From Cenarchaeum sp. (GTDB lineage Archaea > Thermoproteota > Nitrososphaeria > Nitrososphaerales > Nitrosopumilaceae): 64,000 nucleotides of DNA. Shown in pieces: positions 39,222-48,637 of the stretch (position 1 is its first letter; every line of letters begins with the position of its first letter). The notes below the pieces were generated by a model. The model saw only the letters and a list, made by a program, of their open reading frames with translations, did not search any database and was not told where the DNA came from. A program made the translations under genes and the position numbers. The stretch covers positions 1,312,001-1,376,000 of the forward strand of contig OZ242221.1 in assembly GCA_965206845.1 (NCBI GenBank), given 5' to 3'.

Positions 39222-39617
39222 TTATTTTTCAAAGTATGGGTTTTTGATTCCCCGGGAGTCTAGCTTCTCATAGACTGTGGGGATTGAGAAGACATACCCT
39301 ACATGAATGCAGTCCTTCTCCTCACACAGATGGCAGTACAGCTCCCCGTTCTGGATGGTAATCTCGGCAATTCTGTTCTTGATGTTGTCCTTGAGAATTA
39401 CGCGATCTCCCTCCACTGCGAGCTCTTGGAACTTTGGAGCATGCGCTGCAAAGGTTTTATCCCTCTGCATCATCTCCTCTAGCATGGACGTAACATATCC
39501 AGCAAAGCTGTTTACGCCCTTGGAGGCCAGCTGTTCCTTGTTACTCTGGTATACCTCGTAGAACCTGTCGTACACGTACTGTGAGAGTGTTATTGACTTG
39601 AAACCGGCTTTTGGCAA
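39222..39617 (-). CDS. conserved hypothetical protein (RHH-like N-terminus, CxxC...CxH C-terminus)
   Basis: FKSITLS and CHLCEEKDCIH motifs. Confidence 0.75.
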   Translation of the reverse strand: MPKAGFKSITLSQYVYDRFYEVYQSNKEQLASKGVNSFAGYVTSMLEEMMQRDKTFAAHAPKFQELAVEGDRVILKDNIKNRIAEITIQNGELYCHLCEEKDCIHVGYVFSIPTVYEKLDSRGIKNPYFEK

Positions 39618-39952
39618 ATTACTTTCACTTTACCGTACCATAAAGTATACTGGTATATAAAATTTTAGAGCGATCCGGAGCGCGGATTCCACTTCCACCT
39701 CCCATTCAGGCACAAAGGTACACACCGTGTGAAGTCCCTGCATCCGGTTCGACACGGCCGATGATCCCATGCATCCCCTGACTGCCATGGGTATGCGCGC
39801 AAAACCGGCAGATCTTCAGGCAGATCACGACCGCACAGAGCAGCCGGCGCGCATTAGCTGCACCATCTTTCATTCGGGCATTGGGATATACACCTAGACG
39901 AATCCCTGCGCTCGGTTCTGTGCGGCAGGCGACGCCGGATCAACGGCTGCCG

Positions 39953-41161
39953 GGGGTTGGTGCGTAATTCTCCGAACCGCCTAGACCAGTCCGATACGTT
40001 CAATGATCCGCGATCTCCCGCACGCGGCAATGAGCGAACACAACAGACGGGAAGGATACTGGCAGTACTATGAACTGGCAAAGGAAGTCGAGGCACCTAG
40101 TCTGAAGAGGACGCTGATCGAGATAATCCGGGAGAACCCTTGCCCGCGCCGAGAAAACGGCAACAGGGGCCGTCCCCCGGTTCACTCCAAGGAGAAACTG
40201 GACTTTGCCTGTCTGCTGATGATGGCAGGCAACAACACCTATCGCGGAGTCGAATCGGACCTGCGAGGCATGCGGACACCATGGGACAACGAGCCCGTCC
40301 CGGACCATACCACACTGGTCAGGCACCTCCAGACGATACCGGCAGACTGGCTCGATCTGATCGTGGCCGAGACGGCCCGCCGTTGCATCAAGGAGGCGGA
40401 CGAGGCGACGGGCCCGCTGGGAGCCGACAGCAGCGCGGCGGAGACCACTAGGTACGAATACGTCGAGAGGCCAAGCAGGAAGGAGCGCGACTTCGTCGAG
40501 ACACGCCAAAAGACCTACTGGAAATACCACATAACGGCCATCTTGGGCCTGCAGATCGTGCTGGCGGCGTTCACCACGCCCAGCAACATCAACGACACGA
40601 CCATGCTTCCAGTCATGCTGGCTGAGATCAGGCGTCGCGGGTTTGACTTTGCGGGGAACTTCTTTGACGGGGACAAGGGGTACGACTCTGACTACAACTG
40701 CGAGCTGCTGTTCTGGATGGGCATGATCCCCAACATCAAGCAACGGAAGGATGCCGTCAACCGTGGCAAGTCGCACAGGAGGAAGGCAGCTGGCATGTTC
40801 AGCGATAGCGAGTACAGAAAGAGGGCCCTGATAGAGGGCATCTTCGGGGCCGAGGAGACCCGGCGGCACCAGCTGCACTGCCGGTTCGTCCGGAAGGACA
40901 ACCGGCGCCTGTTCGCCAAGGGAAGGGCGATCGCCTGGAACATCCGGGTCCTCAACCGGTTCGAGTGCGCCAACCGGCTAAACATACCAATACCCTCCTA
41001 CGGTGGCATGGCGCACGTGGAGTGCGCCTGATGATCCGACCCGTCAGTAGCTGATCACGGCGTGCGGGCAACAAAAGCCCGACACGCACCAAAGCACCGC
41101 CGGTGAAGATGCGGTGGGAGACACACATGAGCAGGACGGAGCAGAATTACGCACCAACCCC
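39953..41161 (+). mobile_element. IS5/IS4-like element, copy 1 (1209 bp)
   Basis: 19-bp TIR GGGGTTGGTGCGTAATTCT; 9-bp TSD CGGCTGCCG. Confidence 0.95.
40003..41031 (+). CDS. DDE transposase (IS5-like), intact
   Basis: PDHTTL, ADSS, DGDKGYDS and YRKRALIEGIFG motifs. Confidence 0.92.
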   Translation: MIRDLPHAAMSEHNRREGYWQYYELAKEVEAPSLKRTLIEIIRENPCPRRENGNRGRPPVHSKEKLDFACLLMMAGNNTYRGVESDLRGMRTPWDNEPVPDHTTLVRHLQTIPADWLDLIVAETARRCIKEADEATGPLGADSSAAETTRYEYVERPSRKERDFVETRQKTYWKYHITAILGLQIVLAAFTTPSNINDTTMLPVMLAEIRRRGFDFAGNFFDGDKGYDSDYNCELLFWMGMIPNIKQRKDAVNRGKSHRRKAAGMFSDSEYRKRALIEGIFGAEETRRHQLHCRFVRKDNRRLFAKGRAIAWNIRVLNRFECANRLNIPIPSYGGMAHVECA

Positions 41162-41206
41162 CGGCTGCCGGATGGATTTAAATAGGATTAGTTCTGTTCC
41201 ATTAGC

Positions 41207-41314
41207 ATGGCAAATCCAGCAGACGGTTGGCCGGTATGGATACCTCTTATTGTGGGATTAGCTCCAGGATTAGTTTACTGGTTCGCTATCACAGCAAGAC
41301 GATCTAGAAGGTAG
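41207..41314 (+). CDS. small single-TM protein (35 aa), absent from the ORF track
   Basis: MANPADGWPVWIPLIVGLAPGLVYWFAITARRSRR; TTTAAATA ~30 nt upstream and T-rich tract downstream. Confidence 0.75.
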   Translation: MANPADGWPVWIPLIVGLAPGLVYWFAITARRSRR

Positions 41315-41451
41315 AAACGCACGGTTTCCAATCTTTTTCTTCTTTATCCAAATTGAACCCCGTCGGGCATCACATTCCACATTCAGGTGTGTTCTGGTGC
41401 TTGATGTGGCTTTACTGCAAGACAAATTAATCACCTCTATACAAGCACTGT

Positions 41452-42492
41452 GTGAAGATCCTTCTGATAGTAGTCTTGGCAGCAATCCTGATTCCTGCAG
41501 GCATCAGCGCAGCCCCGCCCATAGACACTTTGCCCTCGCTGAGCGTCAGGCCTACCAGCGATGCCCCGTTCTTTTATCGGGCAGGCGACAACTCCACCGT
41601 GCTTGTCGGCGAGGTTCGTAACGACAACGCCTTTCCTGTGACTGACGTGCAGGTCATTGCAGCATTCTACGACGACGCAAGCCCCCTGCCTGAGCAGGTT
41701 GTGTCTGGATATTCGTTGCTTGAGGTAATTCCGCCAGGCGGGATCTCGCCATACGTCCTCAGAACCACGAACACGGATGTCGCCATCAGGCAGGCCACGA
41801 TGGCCGTGGTCGGATTCACCTCCTCTGCTACAAAACAGCAGGTGCTGGATGTCTCGCTTGATCTATCGGGATTTGCAGAAAGGATGTATCTTGCTGGCAT
41901 GGTCACAAACGGAGCCAGCGTCCCATCTGAGAACACCAGGGTGCATGTGGCAGTCTATGATCCATTCATACCGCCTAGGCTGCTGGACGTGCATACCATA
42001 TATCTGGACAGCATCGGTGCAAACTCCGCACTGGAGTTTGTCCTTGACGAGCAGCGCAGCCACATGGCATACAGCGTAGCCATATTTGCCGAGTCAGGCA
42101 ACTTTGGAGCAAATGTGCTCGAGCTTGACATGCCCCCGCTTGTGCCCCCTGCACACCGGGCAACCATACACGATACCGCAGCGTCCGGCACACCGGGCAG
42201 GACGGCGCCTTCTGCTGGCTCTCCTGTTCTCGTAGAGAGCGTAATATCAGTGCAGGGTGAGCCGCTTCCGGCAGGCTACACCTACTATGTCCAGATCCGG
42301 GAGTCGGAGCAGTCCCCCGCGGAGTTTGTTGGCGTGTACGAGTCTGGGCTTGACGAACCTGGATTTCAGAATCCCGGAGTGGAGTGGATCCCGCCTAGGC
42401 CAGGTGTTTACCACGTGGAGACGTTTGTGTGGTCCTCGTATGGAGGCGCGCTGGCGGCCCCCGGCCCCATCGTCACAGTGGAGGTCATCTGA
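41452..42492 (+). CDS. secreted protein with repeated Ig-like (FxLYD-like) domains
   Basis: Signal peptide; GEVRN...AFYD and GMVTN...AVYD repeats. Confidence 0.75.
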   Translation: MKILLIVVLAAILIPAGISAAPPIDTLPSLSVRPTSDAPFFYRAGDNSTVLVGEVRNDNAFPVTDVQVIAAFYDDASPLPEQVVSGYSLLEVIPPGGISPYVLRTTNTDVAIRQATMAVVGFTSSATKQQVLDVSLDLSGFAERMYLAGMVTNGASVPSENTRVHVAVYDPFIPPRLLDVHTIYLDSIGANSALEFVLDEQRSHMAYSVAIFAESGNFGANVLELDMPPLVPPAHRATIHDTAASGTPGRTAPSAGSPVLVESVISVQGEPLPAGYTYYVQIRESEQSPAEFVGVYESGLDEPGFQNPGVEWIPPRPGVYHVETFVWSSYGGALAAPGPIVTVEVI

Positions 42493-42521
42493 GGCGTGCA
42501 GCTTGGTTTATCTTTTCGATC

Positions 42522-43001
42522 ATGGCATCTTCTGCAGTGAAGAGGTACGGCCTTGTCGCCACCGGTGGCACCTTTGATATCATACACAGGGGACACCGCG
42601 CCCTGCTGTCTGAGGCATTCTCGGTATCGGAGCGCGTGATCATCGGCCTCACAGGCGACGGCCTTGCCAAGAGGAGGGGCAAGATCCTGTTGAACACGTA
42701 CCAGCAGAGGCTTGAACTCCTGCACGATGTGCTCCGTACCGAGTTTCCCGGCTCCAGATATGTCATAAGCAGGCTCGATGATGACTTTGGGCCCGCGGTG
42801 CTGGAGGAGGATGTTCAGGCCTTGGTGGTCAGCCAGGAGACCCGCCGCAAGGGCGACATCCTCAACGGCATGCGGCGGGCGCGGGGCGTCCGGCCGGTGG
42901 TGATCGTCATGGTGCCAATGGTTATGGCATCTGACGGGCGCCGCATATCCACCACCAGGATTCGCAACTCCGAGATAGACTCCCGGGGCGGGTTGGTATG
43001 A
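42522..43001 (+). CDS. coaD: phosphopantetheine adenylyltransferase (archaeal type)
   Basis: GGTFDIIHRGH, LVVSQET and ISTTRIR motifs. Confidence 0.9.
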   Translation: MASSAVKRYGLVATGGTFDIIHRGHRALLSEAFSVSERVIIGLTGDGLAKRRGKILLNTYQQRLELLHDVLRTEFPGSRYVISRLDDDFGPAVLEEDVQALVVSQETRRKGDILNGMRRARGVRPVVIVMVPMVMASDGRRISTTRIRNSEIDSRGGLV

Positions 43002-43065
43002 TTTGACAACGCGCTACCAGCTCTTTGATCAACCATGATAAAGTTTCATCTATGGATCCGCTGCC

Positions 43066-43395
43066 ATGGGAATGGCAGATCACATGGCGCGCAAGCTGCA
43101 GGGAAGCGTGGAGAGCCTCCAAGACGGCCTGCAGCCCGAGAGTCTGTCTGCCTGGTACGGCATAATCATATCCCAGACAAAGAAGATGGCTCCGCCTTGG
43201 CTTTATGACCGGATCAGCGTCAGGCAGGATCCGATGCTTCCAATGAAGTTCAAGCTGGACATATCCCGGCGGGCAGTCAAATATTTTATGATGGCAGTGG
43301 ACTCGAATATAGACCTGATGCCGCAGTCCACGAGGCTCTACTTTCTCCGAGTCCAAGAGTCGCTGGATACCGAGGTAGACAGATCCCTAGTCTAA
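43066..43395 (+). CDS. conserved hypothetical protein
   Basis: Clean ORF filling the intergenic gap. Confidence 0.7.
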   Translation: MGMADHMARKLQGSVESLQDGLQPESLSAWYGIIISQTKKMAPPWLYDRISVRQDPMLPMKFKLDISRRAVKYFMMAVDSNIDLMPQSTRLYFLRVQESLDTEVDRSLV

Positions 43396-43398
43396 CGG

Positions 43399-43677
43399 TC
43401 ACTCCTTGAGTATCTCTACTGCGCTGTCTGAGGCCTCTGCCATGGTGATGCGGTGCATGCGCTCCAGAACCGACTGCATAAAGTCTGCAAGGGCCTCCAC
43501 CTGGGCCTCGTCTGCCAGTACTATGCTGTGGGCCGATTTGTCCTTGAGGGACACCACCATCTCGCAGCCGTACACGTTGAGAATCTTCCAGACAAACGTC
43601 TCACGGCTTTCGCCAAAGATCATGCTGGCAAGCTTTTGCGCCTCGTACCTGTCTTGGCAGAGCACCCGTATCCTCAT
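43399..43677 (-). CDS. conserved hypothetical protein
   Basis: Overlaps the trpS stop by 4 nt. Confidence 0.7.
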   Translation of the reverse strand: MRIRVLCQDRYEAQKLASMIFGESRETFVWKILNVYGCEMVVSLKDKSAHSIVLADEAQVEALADFMQSVLERMHRITMAEASDSAVEILKE

Positions 43678-44777
43678 AGCAGAAACTCGTGCACTGCGTC
43701 TGCTGCCTGCAGGCGCCTCTTCTGGTGCCCCTCCAGAAACGTGTTGATCTTCTCGATTAGGATCGCCTTTAGCTGGCCTGTCAGCATCCTGCCGGACGCG
43801 TATTCGCGCCGGATCTCTGCAAGCCTCTCATCGTCTGGCTCGAAGAAGATCTTCAGATACTGGTATGAGACATCGATATCCGGGTCTCCGCCCAGCCGGC
43901 GGTGCTGCTCTACATCAGGCTGGCCTCCGGAGAATGCATACCCGTTGATCTTGTCCCTGACAACGCTTGGCGAGTCGGTGGTGTATATGGCATCTGATTC
44001 TTGGGACGCGGACATCTTTCCTCCCGGTCCCTGCAGTCCGGGAATCATCACATTGTGTATCAGCGCCGGCTTGCGCCATCCGACCTTTGGAGCCACATCC
44101 CGGGTCAGTCTGAAGTGGGGATCCTGATCCACTCCCAGCGGGATCAGCACCCGGCGATCCTCAAGAAAGCACGGGGCCGACTGTAGCGCCGTGTAGAATA
44201 TCATGCCTATGTTGGTCTCGCCGCTGAATCCAAAGACCGCTTTTGTATTTGAGAAGTTTATCCTCTTTGCCACCTGCGCAGCAGCTGGGTACAGCTTGCC
44301 TATGTCCCTGGTGTCTATGATGATCTTTGTGTTCTCCGGGGAGAACCCCAGCGCGATAAAGTCCAGCGCATTCTCGTACGCAAAGGACTCTGTCTGCTTC
44401 AGGGTCAGATCCTGTTTTGCGAAGAACTTTTCGTCGTCGGTGAGCTGAAAGTACACCTTTGCATGGAACTTCTCCTGCAACCATCTTGCAAAGACCCAGG
44501 GGACGAGGTGCCCGATGTGGGTGCGGCCAGACGGCCCCCTTCCTGTATAGATAAAGAAACCCTCGCCCCGCTCATGTTCGTCTAGGACGATGTTCAGATC
44601 CCTGTGGGAGAAGAAGATTCCGCGCCTTAGCATAAAGTGATCCTCTCCTGCGGCTCCTCTGATCCTCTGCAGGAGCTTGGGCGTGATCCTCTCGGTGCCA
44701 AACTGCTTGATCAGCTTGTCATAGTCGATATTGCCCTCAACGCGCCACGGCGTTACGACAAAATCGTCAGCTGGCAT
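43674..44777 (-). CDS. trpS: tryptophanyl-tRNA synthetase
   Basis: YTGRGPS, HIGH, DQDPHFR and KMSAS motifs. Confidence 0.97.
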   Translation of the reverse strand: MPADDFVVTPWRVEGNIDYDKLIKQFGTERITPKLLQRIRGAAGEDHFMLRRGIFFSHRDLNIVLDEHERGEGFFIYTGRGPSGRTHIGHLVPWVFARWLQEKFHAKVYFQLTDDEKFFAKQDLTLKQTESFAYENALDFIALGFSPENTKIIIDTRDIGKLYPAAAQVAKRINFSNTKAVFGFSGETNIGMIFYTALQSAPCFLEDRRVLIPLGVDQDPHFRLTRDVAPKVGWRKPALIHNVMIPGLQGPGGKMSASQESDAIYTTDSPSVVRDKINGYAFSGGQPDVEQHRRLGGDPDIDVSYQYLKIFFEPDDERLAEIRREYASGRMLTGQLKAILIEKINTFLEGHQKRRLQAADAVHEFLL

Positions 44778-44828
44778 TTATGCTAGGCGCCGGTTAAGGT
44801 TTAAAAAGTCTTTGTCAAATATCCAGAT

Positions 44829-46220
44829 GTGTCTAGAGCTCTGCATGGTATCGAGATAAAACTCATACGCGTACTGCGGGGCCTGCCAGCGGCGGATCAT
44901 GCGGCGCTGGGGGACGCAGCCCAACTGTCGCCGGATCAGGTAAGACGCGGGGTGGAATGGCTCAAGCACAAGGGCCTGGCATCCGTGTCGCACAAGGAGA
45001 CCGCATTTGTCCGGCTGGGAGGGCGCGGCCTGGACGCGCTGTCGGCAGGACTACCCGAGAGACGGCTACTGGCTCTGGTAGAGGCAGGCGTCTGTGACGT
45101 GGCCAGACTCAAGGCCAAGATGGGTTCTGACTTTGGGCCCGCCTTGGGAGTGGCCAGAAGAGGCGGCTGGGTGAGTGTAGAAGGCGGACGAATCGCGCCG
45201 GGCCGCATTCCCGTAAGCATTCCGGCAGAGGATCTGCTTCGCAGCATAGGCCATCTTGATGTAAAGGCGGACGCCGTGGATCAGGACGCCCTGGCATCCC
45301 TGAGGCGGAGGCCTGATTATGTCGTGCCGTTCGTGCGCAAGACAAGCACCGTGTCCCTGACCCCTGCTGTGGCAGAGATCGACCCTGCAAGCCTGGAGGG
45401 CAGCGCCATGGATCTCGAGGCCCCGGCCCCCATGGTGTACCCCGCCAAAAACCACCCGCTCCGGGAGGTGATAAACGAGATACGCGAGATCTTTGCGCTG
45501 CTGGGATTTACCGAGGCCGTGGGCCATATGGTGCAGCCCAGCTTTTGGAACTTTGATGCCCTCTTTACCCCGCAGGATCACCCCGCACGGGAGATGCAGG
45601 ACACGTTCTTTCTGAAGGATGTCCGGGCTGCTGACATGGCGTCGCCTGATACCATCAGGAACGTTGCCGACTCCCACCGGGCCGCCTGGGGGCAGTCTTG
45701 GAGCCTGGATGAGGCAGAGAAGATGGTTCTGCGGACCCACACCACCGGCGTTACCATCAAGTACCTGGCAGACAACCGGCCCGACGAGGCCCGCGTGTTC
45801 TCCTTGGGGAGGGTGTTTCGAAACGAGAAGGTCAGCTACAGGCACTTGGTGGAGTTTCACCAGATCGAGGGGGTGGTCACAGGCAAGAACGCAACGCTGC
45901 GGGATCTTATGGGAATCCAGAAGGAGTTCTACAGGAGGATCGGCCTTGAGCGGGTAAAGTTCTGGCCCACATTCTTTCCCTACACGGAGCCCTCTCTCCA
46001 GTCCATGGTATACAGCGATCAGCTGGGAAGGTGGATCGAGCTCTTCGGAATGGGGATATTCCGGCCGCAGGTGACAGACCCGTTGGGGATCCGGGGGCCC
46101 GTGCTGGCTTGGGGGGGCGGAATCGAGAGGATCGCAATGCTCATGTACGGGCTTGACGACGTGCGGGAGTTTTACAGCAACAACCTCCGGTGGTTGAGGA
46201 GCGCCGCAAGATGCCGGTAG
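44829..46220 (+). CDS. pheS: phenylalanyl-tRNA synthetase alpha subunit
   Basis: NFDALFTPQDHPAREMQDTF, LRTHTT and FFPYTEPS motifs. Confidence 0.97.
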   Translation: MSRALHGIEIKLIRVLRGLPAADHAALGDAAQLSPDQVRRGVEWLKHKGLASVSHKETAFVRLGGRGLDALSAGLPERRLLALVEAGVCDVARLKAKMGSDFGPALGVARRGGWVSVEGGRIAPGRIPVSIPAEDLLRSIGHLDVKADAVDQDALASLRRRPDYVVPFVRKTSTVSLTPAVAEIDPASLEGSAMDLEAPAPMVYPAKNHPLREVINEIREIFALLGFTEAVGHMVQPSFWNFDALFTPQDHPAREMQDTFFLKDVRAADMASPDTIRNVADSHRAAWGQSWSLDEAEKMVLRTHTTGVTIKYLADNRPDEARVFSLGRVFRNEKVSYRHLVEFHQIEGVVTGKNATLRDLMGIQKEFYRRIGLERVKFWPTFFPYTEPSLQSMVYSDQLGRWIELFGMGIFRPQVTDPLGIRGPVLAWGGGIERIAMLMYGLDDVREFYSNNLRWLRSAARCR

Positions 46221-47872
46221 TCGATCTCGAGTATCCGCGGCTAGAGGAGCTGGTGGGGCCCGGCACCGGGGATGCCATCCGGGACGCGCTGCCGTTTCTC
46301 GGGCTGGACGTCGAGTCCGAGTCCGGCGGCGTGGTCCGCGCAGAGTACAGCCCCAACAGGCCGGACTACTCCACAGAGTACGGGATTGCCCTGGGGCTGC
46401 AGGGGCTGACAGGCACCAGAACCGGCCTGTACGGCCTGGACATTGCGGCGTCGGGGTACCTGCTGCATGCAGAGCCCGCAGTATCGGATGTCAGGCCGTC
46501 AGTTACCTGCATTGCCGCAAGGGGCGGCAGGGTGGATGACCGCCTCATACGCCAGCTCATGGCAATGCAGGAAGACCTCCACTCCGGCCTGGGGCGGCGC
46601 CGGCGAAGATCGTCCATCGGGATACACGACCTGGGCAGCATGTCATTTCCCCTGCGGTACACCACCGTCCCGCGCAACCACAGCTTTGTACCGCTGGACT
46701 CTGCAGTGGCGCAGCCGATCTCCGGAATACTGGAGGGGACGCCGGTGGGCCGCAGATACAGCCACATACTGGAAGACCACGCCATGGTGCCCGTAATTCT
46801 TGACGCAAAGGATCAGACCATCTCACTTCCGCCGGTGATAAACTCGGCCCTCACCACGGTAACGACTGATACCCGGGATCTGCTGGTGGAGGTGACGGGG
46901 CTTGACCGAGGCATCGATGACGTGCTGGCCGTGGCCGCGGTCACACTTCAGGCCGCAGGCTTTGAGCTGTTCCGGGTGGATGTGACCGGGGCGGGCAACT
47001 CGACTCCGGCCCTGCGAAACCGTGAGGTTACAGCAGATGCCGGGCTTGTCGCTAAGACCCTTGGCTCAGACATGACCCACCAGGAGATTGTATCCTCGCT
47101 GGCAAAGTGCCGGCTGGATGCGCAGGTGCAAGACGGCACGATACGCTGTACGGCTCCGCCATACCGGTTTGACATACTGGGGCCCATGGATATAGTAGAA
47201 GAGGTGGCCCTGGGATACGGCATCAGGCGCCTCCAGCCGGTGCTGTCGCCGTCACAGGTGATCGGGCAGAAGGATCCTGGGCTGGAGAGGCTGAACCGTG
47301 CCGGCACCACAATGATTGGGCTGGGATACCTGGAGGCGATGGGCTCCTCCCTTACCAACAGCAGGGTACTCTATGACATCCCAGGACGGGATCCATCAGA
47401 GGCGATACCCGTTGCCAGCTCCAAGAGCAGGGAGCACACCATACTGCGGGATGCGATCCTCCCAGGGCTTGTGGAGAGCTTGTCGCGAAACGTCCACGAG
47501 CCGTACCCGCAGAGGCTCTTTGAGATCGGCACCGTATTCCTGCGCGCCTCCGGAGCGGCCCCCGTGGAGGAGCAGGTTCACCTGGCTTGCGTAAATGCCT
47601 CCGGCGGAGCAAGCTTCTCGGGAACCAAGTCCGTGCTGCAGGCCCTGCTTGACTCCCTGGGGGAGGAGTGCACCACATCTGCCTCACGTCATCCACTGCT
47701 TGCCGAAGGAAGAGCAGCAGAGATCCTCCTGGACGGCAGGCGCCTAGGCTATGTGGGTGAGGTGGGCCCCGAGATAATCCGGAACCTCAGGATCAGGGTT
47801 CCGGTGGCCGCATTTGAGGTCGACCTGGATGCAGAGTATGCGGTGCATGTGGTGCCCGGCCTCCGGGATTGA
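46211..47872 (+). CDS. pheT: phenylalanyl-tRNA synthetase beta subunit
   Basis: PNRPDY, SLPPVINS and DIVEEVALGYG motifs. Confidence 0.96.
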   Translation: MPVVDLEYPRLEELVGPGTGDAIRDALPFLGLDVESESGGVVRAEYSPNRPDYSTEYGIALGLQGLTGTRTGLYGLDIAASGYLLHAEPAVSDVRPSVTCIAARGGRVDDRLIRQLMAMQEDLHSGLGRRRRRSSIGIHDLGSMSFPLRYTTVPRNHSFVPLDSAVAQPISGILEGTPVGRRYSHILEDHAMVPVILDAKDQTISLPPVINSALTTVTTDTRDLLVEVTGLDRGIDDVLAVAAVTLQAAGFELFRVDVTGAGNSTPALRNREVTADAGLVAKTLGSDMTHQEIVSSLAKCRLDAQVQDGTIRCTAPPYRFDILGPMDIVEEVALGYGIRRLQPVLSPSQVIGQKDPGLERLNRAGTTMIGLGYLEAMGSSLTNSRVLYDIPGRDPSEAIPVASSKSREHTILRDAILPGLVESLSRNVHEPYPQRLFEIGTVFLRASGAAPVEEQVHLACVNASGGASFSGTKSVLQALLDSLGEECTTSASRHPLLAEGRAAEILLDGRRLGYVGEVGPEIIRNLRIRVPVAAFEVDLDAEYAVHVVPGLRD

Positions 47873-47893
47873 CTTAAAAACCAACGCCGCATA

Positions 47894-48124
47894 GGGGAGG
47901 TGCCCCAAGAGCACCCGCGCAGACGGATCAGGCAGAGATGATCGTGTCGATTCCTGTGACTCCTGATTCACCCAGGCGCGGCACATCGGGGCAACCCCGG
48001 TTTGAGAACGCAGGGAGGCATATGGCTACAACACCAATGATACTGTGCGAGTCAGAACCGGGGGACACTAAAATGGGATCGTATCTTCTAGGCACCCTGA
48101 TCGGTGCGAGCATGGCTGACTCCC
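47894..48124 (+). ncRNA. candidate structured noncoding RNA (~230 nt, family unassigned)
   Basis: Nested complementary segments across the whole pheT-EVE intergenic region; TATA-like TTAAAAA upstream; strand inferred. Confidence 0.55.
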
Positions 48125-48162
48125 ACATTAAATAAGGGGGGGGGGCACCTGCCATGTAGCGC

Positions 48163-48591
48163 ATGACTGGCTACTGGTTGACAAAACAGGAGCCCGACGG
48201 TCCACGGGGATACAGCTTTGATGATCTGAGGCGGGACGGCAGAACCGTCTGGGATGGCGTCCACAACAACTTGGCGCTAAAACACATGAGGGGCATGAGA
48301 AGGGGCGACCTGGTGATCTTCTACCACACCGGCAAGGAGAGGCGGGCGGTGGGAACCATGAGGGTGATCTCAGACCCATATCCGAATCCCCAGGAGGCGG
48401 ACAGCCGGTTCATGGCAGTCGACGTCGAGTACGTAGCCCCCTTCGGGCGGCCCGTCACGCTGGACGAGATGAAGAGGAGACCGGACTTTGCACAGTGGGA
48501 GTTGTTGCGGATCTCCAGGCTCTCTGTCATGCCGGTGCCTGACCGCATCTGGGAGGCCGTCATGGAGATGTCCGAGGCCGGCCCGACGTAG
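48163..48591 (+). CDS. EVE domain protein
   Basis: YWLTKQEP, WDGVHN and SRLSVMPV motifs. Confidence 0.93.
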   Translation: MTGYWLTKQEPDGPRGYSFDDLRRDGRTVWDGVHNNLALKHMRGMRRGDLVIFYHTGKERRAVGTMRVISDPYPNPQEADSRFMAVDVEYVAPFGRPVTLDEMKRRPDFAQWELLRISRLSVMPVPDRIWEAVMEMSEAGPT

Positions 48592-48637
48592 CCTGGACCT
48601 GCTACATAGCGTGTCCCTCACGGTTCGGGGTAATGCC

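Noticed and set aside
47894-48124. Assignment of the structured region as RNase P or SRP RNA
   Set aside because: Their conserved signature sequences were not found on either strand by eye; left unassigned pending an Rfam search.
47938-48135. 65-aa ORF in the pheT-EVE gap
   Set aside because: No recognisable motif; nested base-pairing explains the region better.
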